A stretch of 64,000 nt of DNA from an uncultured Actinomycetota bacterium (GCA_963846005.1 CAWJUH010000003.1:803992-867991), one strand, 5' to 3'. Shown: positions 1 through 9,575, counted from the stretch's first letter. Numbers and translations are program-made. Notes: generated from the sequence alone by a model not told the origin.

Positions 1-1
1 C

Positions 2-2227
2 GCCCAGTTGGCCGGCATCCTGGGCCGACCGCCTGACCTGGCGGTCGCAGCCGCGGCGTATGAGCGTGGCGGCGGGAACCCGCTGCTCACCGAGGTTCTG
101 CTGGACACCGACGGCACGATCACCCCAGGGCTGCCCGGCCCGGCACGGGACCTGCTGCTCGGCGTGGTAGGCGAGCTGCCCGCAGACTGCCAGCGGGTGC
201 TGCGGACCGTCGCGGTCGGCGGCGCCTCGATCGGGCAGCGGCTGCTGGCTGCGGTGACTGGGCAGGACGGCGCGGCACTCGATGATGCGCTGCGGCCCGC
301 CGTCACGGCTGGCGTGCTGGTGGCCGGCGAGGCTAGTTATGCCTTCCGTCATGAGTTGTTCCGCGAAGCGTTGCTGTGGGATCTGCTGCCCGGCGAGCGG
401 GTTAAGGCCCACCGGGCATTCGCCGAGGCCCTGCAGGCCGACCCGCGGCTCAGCCTCCATCACGTGCCGTCGTTCCCGCTGGCGCTGCACTGGCAGGGGG
501 CGGGGGAGCATCAGCGAGCACTCCAGGCCGCGTGGGCCGCGGCTGATGCCGCGGGTTCAGTTTTCGCCTACGCGGAGCAGCTGCAGATGCTGGAACTGGT
601 GCTGGACCTATGGCAGTCAGTGCCCGGCGCAGCCGGGCATGCCGGCGTAGACCGGGCGACGGTGACGGAGATCGCGGCCGAGGCCGCGCGGCTGGCCGGC
701 GAGCCCGAACGCGGCCTGGCGCTCCTGGAAGCGGCCCTAAGTGAGCTGGATGACGAGCACGATCCTGGCCGGTTGGCCTCCCTTCTGCGGCTGCGGGTCA
801 CCCTGCGACGGCAACTGCTGCTGCCAGGAGACATAGACGCTCTTCGAGCGGCACTCCATCTAGCTTCCACTCCGACACGGGTACGCGCCCAGATACTGGC
901 CCAGCTCAGTGCGGCATTGCGGCTTCGCGACGAATACGCAGAAGCCGAACGGTTCGCCACAGAGATGCAGGCCCTCGCGGCCCGGCTCGGCGATGAGGAG
1001 ATCCAGGTTGAGGCATCGCTCATGGTGGTGCTGGCGCGGGAGAGCAGAGACTACGACACCATTCCGGACCTGGAGGCTGTCGCCGAGCAGGCCCGGCGAA
1101 TTGGTGCGGGACGGATTGAGATTAGCGCCCGGGTGGAGATCACCTACGCCCTGGAGGGCTGCGGCGAGCACGAGGCCGCGATTCGGGCCGGGCAGAAGGA
1201 TCTGGCCCGTGCCAGGCAGCTCGGCCTGTCCCAGTATGCGTCGGCGCCGATCGCGGGGAACCTGGCCGAGTCACTGACCTCGGCGGGCCACTGGGATGAG
1301 GCTCTTGAGGTGATCGAGGACGGCCTAAGGCTCGGCCCGGCACCATTTAGCCGGGTGTTCCTGATGGCATGCCGTGGCCAGATATCACTCGCCCGAGGTG
1401 ATCTGGAGACGGCGGGGAGGATCGCGGAGGAACTTCACGCGCTGCGCGCCGACGAAACTGACACGCAGTGGGCGATGCCGCTGACCCTGCTGGACATCCA
1501 GGTCCGGCTCGCCGAAGGGGACCTAGCCCGGGCTCTGGCGGTCGCGACCGCGGTCGCGGGTATGCGGGGACGCGACCCGCGGTACCTGTGGCCGGTCCTG
1601 GCGGCTGCGATGCAGGCCTGCGCCGACGCGGCGGGTGCTGACCGGGTCGCCGGGCCGCGGGATGCCCTGGCCCAGCTGGCAGCGGGCACCGCGCGGCCAG
1701 GGCCGGTGGAGCGTGCCCACGCTGCAGTATTCACCGCCGAGGGATCGCGTGCCGCGGGCCACGCTGATCTGACGGCCTGGGATGCGGCCGTTACGGCCTG
1801 GGACCCGGTAGGGCAGCCGTATCCGCTGGCGTGCGCGCTGCTGCGCGCCGCCACCGCAGCAGCGCAGCAGGACCGGGACGGAGCAGCTGGACGCCTGCGC
1901 CGGGCTGCGAACCTTGCGGCCCGGCTGGGTGCGCGGCCGCTGCTGGAGCAGATTGCGCGGCTGGCCCGGCGGGCCCGGATCGACCTCCCGCCGGCGGCCG
2001 CGGGCCAGTCCGGGCCAGCCGCGCCGTTCGGCCTGACTGCCCGGGAGATGGAGGTCTTGCGCCTGGTGGCGGCCGGGCGAGGCAACCAGCAGGTCGCCGC
2101 CGAGTTGTTCATCTCCCCCAAGACCGCCAGCGTGCATGTGTCCAACATCCTGGGCAAGCTCGGCGTCACGTCCCGGGTCGAAGCCGCCGCGGCCGCTCAC
2201 CGGCTGCACCTGCTGGACCAGAGCTGA
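2..2227 (+). CDS. LuxR-family transcriptional regulator, large ATP-binding (LAL) type; 5'-partial at window edge
   Basis: Long open frame with GC3-rich codons; C-terminal LuxR HTH (LTAREMEVLRLVAAGRGNQQVAAELFISPKTASVHVSNILGKLGV); TPR-like Ala/Leu-rich middle region. Confidence 0.75.
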   Translation, partial: AQLAGILGRPPDLAVAAAAYERGGGNPLLTEVLLDTDGTITPGLPGPARDLLLGVVGELPADCQRVLRTVAVGGASIGQRLLAAVTGQDGAALDDALRPAVTAGVLVAGEASYAFRHELFREALLWDLLPGERVKAHRAFAEALQADPRLSLHHVPSFPLALHWQGAGEHQRALQAAWAAADAAGSVFAYAEQLQMLELVLDLWQSVPGAAGHAGVDRATVTEIAAEAARLAGEPERGLALLEAALSELDDEHDPGRLASLLRLRVTLRRQLLLPGDIDALRAALHLASTPTRVRAQILAQLSAALRLRDEYAEAERFATEMQALAARLGDEEIQVEASLMVVLARESRDYDTIPDLEAVAEQARRIGAGRIEISARVEITYALEGCGEHEAAIRAGQKDLARARQLGLSQYASAPIAGNLAESLTSAGHWDEALEVIEDGLRLGPAPFSRVFLMACRGQISLARGDLETAGRIAEELHALRADETDTQWAMPLTLLDIQVRLAEGDLARALAVATAVAGMRGRDPRYLWPVLAAAMQACADAAGADRVAGPRDALAQLAAGTARPGPVERAHAAVFTAEGSRAAGHADLTAWDAAVTAWDPVGQPYPLACALLRAATAAAQQDRDGAAGRLRRAANLAARLGARPLLEQIARLARRARIDLPPAAAGQSGPAAPFGLTAREMEVLRLVAAGRGNQQVAAELFISPKTASVHVSNILGKLGVTSRVEAAAAAHRLHLLDQS

Positions 2228-2433
2228 CCGGCAGCGGGCCCGGGCAGCCGGGCTGAGCCGGGCGGTGCAGGCCCGGCTAAGCGTTTTCCTACCCGGTTGG
2301 CGTGGGCGGGTGGCTGGAATCGGGCTGCTGCCCGATGCGGGGGCGGGCGCTCTTACGGCCAGTCTTGGTGGTGTGCGGCATGGACCGGAGTACCGGGCCG
2401 CACGGCCATGATCGTCGTGGCCGCGAGGAGGAA

Positions 2434-2892
2434 ATGAAAGTGGATTACAAGCTGGAGCTGGTCCTGATCCCTGTTTCGGATGTGGACCGGGCGAAGAGGT
2501 TCTACGTGGAGCAGGCGGGTTTCAGCCTGCTCGTCGACGGCGGCACCTGGCTGCCCGGTCAGCGGGTCGTGCAAGTGAACCCACCCGGGTCGACCTGCTC
2601 GATCGGGTTCGGGACCGGGATGACCCCCGGAATGACTCCCGCCGCGCCGGGCTCGCAGCAGGGACTGCACCTGGTGGTTCCCGACATCGTTGCTGCCCGG
2701 GACGAGCTGGCCGGCCGAGGCGTCGAGATCGGCGAAGTGCAGCACATCGCCGACGGCGAGTGGCGGCCCGGCCTGGACCCGCAGCGCCGCAGCTACATGT
2801 CGTTCGCCGAGTTCGCCGACCCGGACGGCAACTTGCTGCTGCTCCAGGAGGTCCGCCGTGACGAGGACGGGCAGGAAGGAGACGACCGGTGA
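2434..2892 (+). CDS. VOC family protein (glyoxalase/bleomycin-resistance fold)
   Basis: ATG at 2434 preceded by GAGGAGGAA RBS; VOC-like sequence (LVLIPVSDVDRAKRFY...VVPDIVAARDEL). Confidence 0.6.
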   Translation: MKVDYKLELVLIPVSDVDRAKRFYVEQAGFSLLVDGGTWLPGQRVVQVNPPGSTCSIGFGTGMTPGMTPAAPGSQQGLHLVVPDIVAARDELAGRGVEIGEVQHIADGEWRPGLDPQRRSYMSFAEFADPDGNLLLLQEVRRDEDGQEGDDR

Positions 2893-3281
2893 TGGAGCTG
2901 CCCGCCGATGTCTGCGCGCTGTTCGAGGCGCCCAACTTCGCCCACCTGGCCACCGTCCTTCCGAGCGGCGGCCCGCATACGGTCCCGGTCTGGGTGGGGA
3001 TCGAAGACGACAAGATCGCCTTTCTGACCTCACCAAACTCTCAGAAGGCACGCAACATAACAGCCGACCCCAGCGTGGCGATCTCGGTCATCGACCGGGG
3101 CAATCCCTACGTGATGGCGCTGCTACGCGGCCGGGTTACCGCCCGGCTGGACGGCGAGCCGGCCTGGGAATTCATCGACCGGCTCTCCCGCACCTATACC
3201 GGCCAGCCCTACCCGCTGCGCACCGACCGGGCGGTGTTCCTTATCGAAGCCGACCACGCCCGCGCCCACGTCTACGGGTGA
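2889..3281 (+). CDS. PPOX-class (pyridoxamine 5'-phosphate oxidase-like) F420/FMN-binding protein
   Basis: Start overlaps upstream stop (GTGATGG); small split-barrel-like sequence typical of actinobacterial PPOX class proteins. Confidence 0.55.
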   Translation: MMELPADVCALFEAPNFAHLATVLPSGGPHTVPVWVGIEDDKIAFLTSPNSQKARNITADPSVAISVIDRGNPYVMALLRGRVTARLDGEPAWEFIDRLSRTYTGQPYPLRTDRAVFLIEADHARAHVYG

Positions 3282-3324
3282 CCCCGCCTGCGCCGGTCAT
3301 CTCGACAGCACTCACGGAGCACAC

Positions 3325-4023
3325 ATGAGCGCCAGCCGAACACGAATCAATGCCAGCGAACGCGCCCTGGAAGACGAGGAAGCCCGCCTCGCCGCAGCCT
3401 CTCTCGCAGCCGGCGACCCCACCGGGTGGTTCGACCGCCTCTACGCGGCGGGCGCCGCGGGACGAGTGGCTGTCCCGTGGAGCCGCCGCGAGCCCAACTC
3501 GCTGCTCACTGAGTGGGCGCAGCGCCACAACCTGGCCGGCCAGGGCAAGCGAGCGATCGTGCCCGGCTGCGGGCTCGGCGCCGACGCCGAATACCTTGCC
3601 GGACTCGGATTCGCCGTCACTGCTTTTGACGTCTCCCCGACCGCGATCCGGCTCGCCCGGCAACGCCACCGCCGCACGTCCGTAGAGTATGTCAGCGCGG
3701 ACTTGCTACACCTTCCCCCGCCGTGGCTGCAAGCGTTCGACCTGGTAGCCGAGATCATCACCGTGCAGGCACTACCCCGGGCGGTGAGGCAACAGGCAAC
3801 GGCCAGCGTGGCCCGGCTGACCGCGCCCGGCGGCACCCTGCTGGTCATCGCCGCAATCAACGACCGCAGGGGCGAACCGCAATCCGGGCCGCCATGGCCG
3901 CTCACCCGCACCGAACTTGACGCGTTCGCCGCCGACGGCCTCACCGCGCAGGGCATCGAGATCGCCACCATCCCGTCGGAACCCGCGCAACGCCGCTGGC
4001 GCGCGGAGTTCCACCGCCCATGA
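3325..4023 (+). CDS. Class I SAM-dependent methyltransferase (TPMT-like)
   Basis: Motif I-like region AIVPGCGLGADAEYLAGLGFAVTAFDVSPTAI; 232 aa. Confidence 0.6.
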   Translation: MSASRTRINASERALEDEEARLAAASLAAGDPTGWFDRLYAAGAAGRVAVPWSRREPNSLLTEWAQRHNLAGQGKRAIVPGCGLGADAEYLAGLGFAVTAFDVSPTAIRLARQRHRRTSVEYVSADLLHLPPPWLQAFDLVAEIITVQALPRAVRQQATASVARLTAPGGTLLVIAAINDRRGEPQSGPPWPLTRTELDAFAADGLTAQGIEIATIPSEPAQRRWRAEFHRP

Positions 4024-4218
4024 ACACCTCGAAACCATCTGTCACCGGGCACGCAGGCCGTATCGATCTGGCTGCCGACGGCTGGACACCGTCGCGATCG
4101 ACGCGCTCCCCCTCCCCACCGGGCCGGAGGAGCAGCGGCGGGCCGCTCCTTTCCGCCGTCCCACGACCAAGCAATCCGACACCGACTCAAGCCAGCACCG
4201 CAAGTAAAGGATGGACCC

Positions 4219-4663
4219 ATGTCATTTGCACCACGCTTCGACCATGTCGGCATCACCGTCGCGGACCTCGACACGGTGACGGCGTTCTTCGTCGGGCTCG
4301 GTCTGGAGGTCGAGGGCACGCGGGCGTTCATCGAGGGCGAGTTCCTGGACACCGTCATTGGCATCCCCGGCGCCCGCACCGAGATTGTCATGCTGCGGCC
4401 GCCCGACGGAGGCACCCGGCTGGAACTGTCCAGCTTCGTCCGGCCCGGCCCCCAGCCCGGGTCGCCGGGCCGCGATGGCCAACGAGCTAGGGCTGCGCAA
4501 CGTCGCCTTCGAGGTTGACGACCTCCAGGCCGCCGTCGACCAGCTCGCCAAAGACGGCTACGGACTGGTCGGCGGCATCGGCCAGTACGAGCACATCTGG
4601 CGCATGGCCTACGTGCGCGGGCCGGAAGGAATCATCGTGTCCCTGGCCGAGCGCATCGGCTGA
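4219..4663 (+). pseudogene. VOC/glyoxalase family gene interrupted by apparent frameshift (two overlapping ORFs 4219..4518 and 4358..4663)
   Basis: N-terminal half (HVGITVADLDTVTAFFVGLGLEVEG...) and C-terminal half (NVAFEVDDLQAAVDQLAKDGYGLVGG...IIVSLAE) lie in different frames. Confidence 0.5.
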
Positions 4664-6101
4664 CGCGCCAATCGCCATAGACGATCCGCTTGCGACCCAC
4701 CCTCGGTGACAACCGGCGGCAGAGAGAACAGAACTGGCTATCGGGCACGCCCTCAAGGACTGCCAGCGAAACGCGCCGAATCGGCGTTATACGGGTGATC
4801 GTTGTCAAGGGGTTTGCTCTTCGGTGTCGACGCGCTTGATGAGGTTGATGAACAGGGCGGCTCGCGCGGGCTGCCCGTGGTCGCGGGCGTGGTCGCGCTG
4901 GCGGGTGAGGATGGGCAGGAACTCGGTGCTGGTGCGGAAGTAGGCGCAGGTTTCGCAGGCGGATTCCATGCGGCAGTCGAGTTCGGCGGGCCGGGTGCAC
5001 AGGCCGTTGCCGAGCATGCGGGCGTGGGCTTCGCGGCGTAGCTTCGGCCATGCCGGTGGTCTCGTAGTCGGCGGGCAGTTCGGGTGGCTGCCCGTAGAGC
5101 GCGTCGATCTTGGCGCTGACCGCGGCGTATTCGTCGGCGATGACCCGGTTGGCGATCCGCGCGTAGATCAGGGTCATCTCCATCTTGCGATGGCCGAGCA
5201 GGGCGGCGATGGCTTCCAGCCGCATGCCGCGGTTGATCGCCTGGGTGGCCAGCGTGTGCCGCAGCCGGTGCGGGTGCACCCCGGGGACGCCGGCGGCCCG
5301 GGCGACGCGGGCAACGATGCGGCCGATGACATAGCGGTCCAGCGGGCCGCGGTGGTCGGCGACCAGCGGGCGGTGGCGGCGGATGTGCTCAAGGCTGGCT
5401 GCGGTCCAGGCGGCGAGCAGCTCCACCAGCTCAGAATGCAGTGGCACGTAGCGATCGTTGCGGAGCTTGCCCAGCGGGATGCGCAGCCAGTGACCGGTGC
5501 CGATCTGCACGACCGCGTCCGCTTCCAGGTCCGCGAGCTCACCGGCTCGCATGCCAGTGCGCGCGAGTAGCTCGACGACGAGCCGGTCGCGGGGATCGTC
5601 TGCGGCCCGGGCGGCGGCCATCAGCCTGGTCGCGTCGCGATCGTCGAGGAACTTCGGCAGCGGCTCGGGCTTCTTGGGGATGTCCCCGGCGATGACAGGA
5701 TTGCGGGCCGGGGCGTCCTGCCAGTCCCACTCGATGATCCGCTCGAAGAACTGGCGCACGGTCCGCATCCGCTGCCGGTGCGTCTCAGCGGTGATCGTCT
5801 GGCTGCCTGCCCGGGGCTGGACGGCCAGCCATACCTTGTAGTCCTCGATGTCATCGCGGCGGATATCGCCGATCGCGGTGATGCCGGCATCGGTGATCAT
5901 CCAGCGGGCCAGCTGCCGCAGCGCGTTCTCCGCGGCCGCGACGCTGGCCGGGGCGAGGAAGGTGCCCAGCCGCTGCAGATACCGCTCGATCACCGCCGCA
6001 ACCTGCGGCGCCGCCGCCCGGATCTGCACCCACTGCGCGGCGGCGGCGCTGCCAGCCACCGCGCGGCCGGCGGCCGGAGCGCGCGCGGGCAGCGCGCTCA
6101 C
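4632..6101 (-). CDS. Tyrosine recombinase (phage integrase family); C-terminal end uncertain (possible frameshift near 5040)
   Basis: HRLRHTLAT box, LLGHRKMEMTLIYARI catalytic Tyr region; N-terminal SAM-like core-binding domain; tail after ~5040 is low-complexity while the alternative frame 4805..5017 carries a Cys-containing motif. Confidence 0.65.
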   Translation of the reverse strand: MSALPARAPAAGRAVAGSAAAAQWVQIRAAAPQVAAVIERYLQRLGTFLAPASVAAAENALRQLARWMITDAGITAIGDIRRDDIEDYKVWLAVQPRAGSQTITAETHRQRMRTVRQFFERIIEWDWQDAPARNPVIAGDIPKKPEPLPKFLDDRDATRLMAAARAADDPRDRLVVELLARTGMRAGELADLEADAVVQIGTGHWLRIPLGKLRNDRYVPLHSELVELLAAWTAASLEHIRRHRPLVADHRGPLDRYVIGRIVARVARAAGVPGVHPHRLRHTLATQAINRGMRLEAIAALLGHRKMEMTLIYARIANRVIADEYAAVSAKIDALYGQPPELPADYETTGMAEATPRSPRPHARQRPVHPARRTRLPHGIRLRNLRLLPHQHRVPAHPHPPARPRPRPRAARASRPVHQPHQARRHRRANPLTTITRITPIRRVSLAVLEGVPDSQFCSLCRRLSPRVGRKRIVYGDWRVSRCARPGTR

Positions 6102-7201
6102 CGGGCTGCCTCCTGCACCGCCAGCATCTCGCAGACGGCGGCGGTATCGGCGTCGATCAGCGCGGCGGCGCGTAGATACTCCCCGGCCAGCCAGTCATTG
6201 GCCAGGTGCAGGTAGACCCGGGTGGACTCAATCGACCGATGACCGGCCTGGGCCTGCACCGCCTCCAGTGCCATCCCCGCCTCCCGCAGCCGGGTCAGGC
6301 ACGTATGCCGCAGCTCATGGCAGGTCGCGTGCTCCAGGCCCGCGCGGCCGCGGGCGCCATCGAGGATCTCATCCAGCCCTTCCGCCGACAGCGGCATACC
6401 TCGCCGCGGACCCTTGAGCACCACGAACACCCGGTCCGTGGCCGCCCCGGCTGGCCGCTCGTCATGCAGGTAATCACCGAGCGCCTCGAAGAACCGGCCC
6501 GCGGCCGGGACCACCCGGTGATGACCGCCCTTGCCCTCCACCACGGCCAGCCGCCGGTCAGCGACCTGCACGTCCTCGAACCGCAACCCCAGCACCTCAC
6601 ACCGGCGCAGCCCGGCCAGCAGCATCGCCAGCACCATTGCCCGGTCCCGGTGCGTGCGCAACGCGGCGACCAGCCGGTCCGCCTCCCGCGGCGGCAAGAT
6701 CCTCGGCAGCGTCCGCGGCACCCGCACCAGCGGCACCGTCCGCGACCGCACCGACCCGCCCTGCCGCCGGGTCAGCAGCCCCCGCGGCACCGGATTGACC
6801 TGCACCGGCGTATCGCCCCGCGCCACCAGGTAGGCATATAGGCCCGACACCGACGACAGCCGGCGGGCGATCGTCCTCGCCGACAGCCCCGACTCACCAT
6901 CAGCCAGCCGCACCACAGTGCGGTCCCCGCGCTGATGGGCCAGGAACTCGAACACATCCGCCGCGGTGACCTCCACCGGCTTTCTCACGATCACCATGAA
7001 GAACGTCTTCAGGTCAAAGGCCACCGCCCGCAGCGTGTTCGGCCGGCACCGCCCCGCCACGAACTCCAGATACCGGTCCACCAGCCGCTCGCCCAGACGA
7101 TAACGGACCTGGCCAGACCCCGACACACTACGCACAAGACACGGGAAGCTGCTCATCCCAGCACCGTCCCAGCGCGGCCCGCAAGAACGCGGAAGCGACA
7201 C
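6098..7201 (-). CDS. Tyrosine recombinase, XerC/XerD-like; translationally coupled to the downstream recombinase by a 4-nt overlap
   Basis: HELRHTCLT box, AGHRSIESTRVYLHL catalytic Tyr region; 367 aa. Confidence 0.75.
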   Translation of the reverse strand: MSLPRSCGPRWDGAGMSSFPCLVRSVSGSGQVRYRLGERLVDRYLEFVAGRCRPNTLRAVAFDLKTFFMVIVRKPVEVTAADVFEFLAHQRGDRTVVRLADGESGLSARTIARRLSSVSGLYAYLVARGDTPVQVNPVPRGLLTRRQGGSVRSRTVPLVRVPRTLPRILPPREADRLVAALRTHRDRAMVLAMLLAGLRRCEVLGLRFEDVQVADRRLAVVEGKGGHHRVVPAAGRFFEALGDYLHDERPAGAATDRVFVVLKGPRRGMPLSAEGLDEILDGARGRAGLEHATCHELRHTCLTRLREAGMALEAVQAQAGHRSIESTRVYLHLANDWLAGEYLRAAALIDADTAAVCEMLAVQEAAR

Positions 7202-7441
7202 ACATCACCCGTGTATTAAGCGATCTGGCTGCACGGACGCTCAGGCTCCACGTCACATTCGATGACCAGTCGGGCTCTATAAGGAAGTAGCTCACGCCCG
7301 CGAACCGATTTCCTAGGTGCCCAGACCGACCCGGCTCAAGATCGGCTCCCAAAATCGGACATCGCCGCTCCCAAAATCAGACAATTCGGACCCGTGGCGA
7401 ACTTCATGATCGGAATACGGAGCGCTGACATGCGAATATGT

Positions 7442-7485
7442 GGTCGGGGTGGCCGGATTTGAACCGGCGGCCTCTTCGTCCCGAA
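7442..7485. repeat. 44-bp direct repeat identical to 24369..24412 (3' part of tRNA-Pro); distal att site of the integrated element
   Basis: Exact identity gtcggggtggccggatttgaaccggcggcctcttcgtcccgaa at both loci. Confidence 0.85.
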
Positions 7486-7911
7486 GCCAAGTTCCCGGCT
7501 CCCTGACGTCTGGACCTCGTGGGGTTGATCTGCTTGGCTCGTCTGCCAACGTCCGTGGGAGTCCACGAAGGAGCTAGGCGATTGTCACTCAGTTAGTCAC
7601 TCACTTCGGCACTGCCGGTGGAAGTGGTCACCTGCTTGCAAAGGTTGTGGCTGCACTCGCCTGACATACGGCTGCCCAGGTCAGGCGCTGTCGGACTTGC
7701 CCGTGAGTAACCGCGGCCGACTGCTAGCGGCCGTCCTAGCGGCACGCGGCGGGCACGACTGGCGATTTTCAAGATCGCTATGGCGCCGGTTTGGGTACTT
7801 GCCTGTGGCCTGCGCTGATGCCGCTAGGGCTGCCGAGCTCCGGCAAGCTCATCCCGTGCATATCCCGCACCTGATGAGCTGATCGGCGGCCGTGGCGGGA
7901 ACATAGCTGAC

Positions 7912-8460
7912 ATGAGTGATCTCATTGTCGTGACCGGGCCGCCGGGAGCTGGCAAGAGCACGGTCGCCCCGTCGTTGTCGCGACAGTTCGACCCCAGCGC
8001 CCTGGTGGCGGGGGACGTGTTCTTCGCCTTCATCGACCAGGGCTTTCTGGCGCCGTGGACCAGCGAGGCCCACCGTCAGAATGAGGTCGTCATCGACGCC
8101 GCAGCGGCTGCGGCAGGGCGCCTGGCCCGCGGCGGATACACGGTGGTCTATGACGGCGTGATCGGCCCGTGGTTCGTGCAGGCATTCGCGGCCGCCGCCG
8201 CCATCTCATCCCTCCACTACGTGATCTTGCTGCCGCCTGAGGAACTGTGCCTGGAACGAGTCCGCGTCAGGGCCGACCACGGCTTCCGGGACCAGGAGGC
8301 CGCCCGCCACATGTACCGGGAGTTCGCCACCGTCAGCGTTCATCCGCGGCACGTGCACGCCGGGACACAAGACGCAGCCAGCACCGCAACGATCTTGCGT
8401 GAACGAGTGCTCGATGGATCACTCCGCATAACCGCCGACTCCACCGATTCAGCCTCCTGA
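7912..8460 (+). CDS. P-loop NTPase / small kinase-like ATP-binding protein
   Basis: Walker A GPPGAGKST near N-terminus; 182 aa. Confidence 0.5.
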   Translation: MSDLIVVTGPPGAGKSTVAPSLSRQFDPSALVAGDVFFAFIDQGFLAPWTSEAHRQNEVVIDAAAAAAGRLARGGYTVVYDGVIGPWFVQAFAAAAAISSLHYVILLPPEELCLERVRVRADHGFRDQEAARHMYREFATVSVHPRHVHAGTQDAASTATILRERVLDGSLRITADSTDSAS

Positions 8461-9124
8461 TGCGTAGGCACCCGACAGGGCCGTCTGGGCTCGTTCAGAT
8501 CGGTCCGCGACCTTGGGCGCATCCTGGCTGGGCGTTCATTCCTGTTCGGATTCCCGCCAAGTCGTCCGCCCGGGTGGCTCCCAACTTGGCTCCCGACCGA
8601 TATGGGTCTGACCTCTTCCTCATCAGGGTGTCGGCTGACTGCCCAGGCGGTTGTCGGCGACGCTCGAATGTGGGGCTGTTGCCCCGGCGCCTATGGCCTC
8701 GTTTTCGAGCGGCGCCGACAGCGGTGGTTTCAGTCCTCTGTCCTGCGTTTACAGCACTAGTCTGCTCCCAGACCTGCCCTGTGATGTCCTGCGTCTGCCC
8801 GTACTTCCCAGGACTCTAAAGGCCACTGTAAGGCCAGCTCTAGGGAAGATCCGCTAGGAGCGGGGCCCGGCCAGGCTACTCGCCGATCAGCGCCTTGAAC
8901 GACGGCTCGTCGCGGATCGAGTTGAAGTCAGAGTCTTCGCGTGCATCTGCGCGGAGCTTCTCTGACGCGCCGACCGCGCTCCCCAAGTGATCGATCGCCT
9001 CGGCTGTGTGGCCGCTCAGGCTCTCGCTGCAGGGGAGGGAGGAAGGTGGATGCACGCGAAGATTCGCTTATCATCGAAGATGATTGCATGCAGTGCTTCG
9101 GAGGCGATGGGTGTGACAACGACG

Positions 9125-9556
9125 ATGGTCAGGATGATTATTGCGGTTTCGTCAGTATGCATGATTGCAGGCTGCGGGACAGCAGGCAATACAAGCCAAC
9201 CTTTGATGTCGCATAAAGCACATAAATTCATTACGGTTCCGACATCGTCAGCGCCGCCTGGCGCTCCAGGCCTGTCTGCCCTCACCAGAGGGCGTCTGGA
9301 GGCGGGCCGATTTAAGGGCAAGCCGTGTCTTTGGCTCGGGAACGGTACTCGCACGATGGCTGTTGTCTGGCCGCGAGGATTTAAAGCACGATGGCAGCGA
9401 GATAAGCTTGAGCTGCTGAATGCCCGGGGCAAGGTAGTTGCTGAGAGCGGCGAGATTATAAAGCTCGGGGGAGGAACGGCTCCTGCCCCGCAGGTCGCCT
9501 GCATGCTTGGTCATGAGCTAGCGTTCTACGCAAGCGGAGGCCCAGCGCGTGGCTAA
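9125..9556 (+). CDS. Putative lipoprotein (alternative start 9050)
   Basis: Signal peptide with lipobox MVRMIIAVSSVCMIAGC; lies in AT-richer island. Confidence 0.45.
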   Translation: MVRMIIAVSSVCMIAGCGTAGNTSQPLMSHKAHKFITVPTSSAPPGAPGLSALTRGRLEAGRFKGKPCLWLGNGTRTMAVVWPRGFKARWQRDKLELLNARGKVVAESGEIIKLGGGTAPAPQVACMLGHELAFYASGGPARG

Positions 9557-9575
9557 CGGCAGATGAGGCGATGCC

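Noticed and set aside
3441-4415. 324-aa minus-strand ORF
   Set aside because: Antisense to the methyltransferase gene, with a low-complexity translation.
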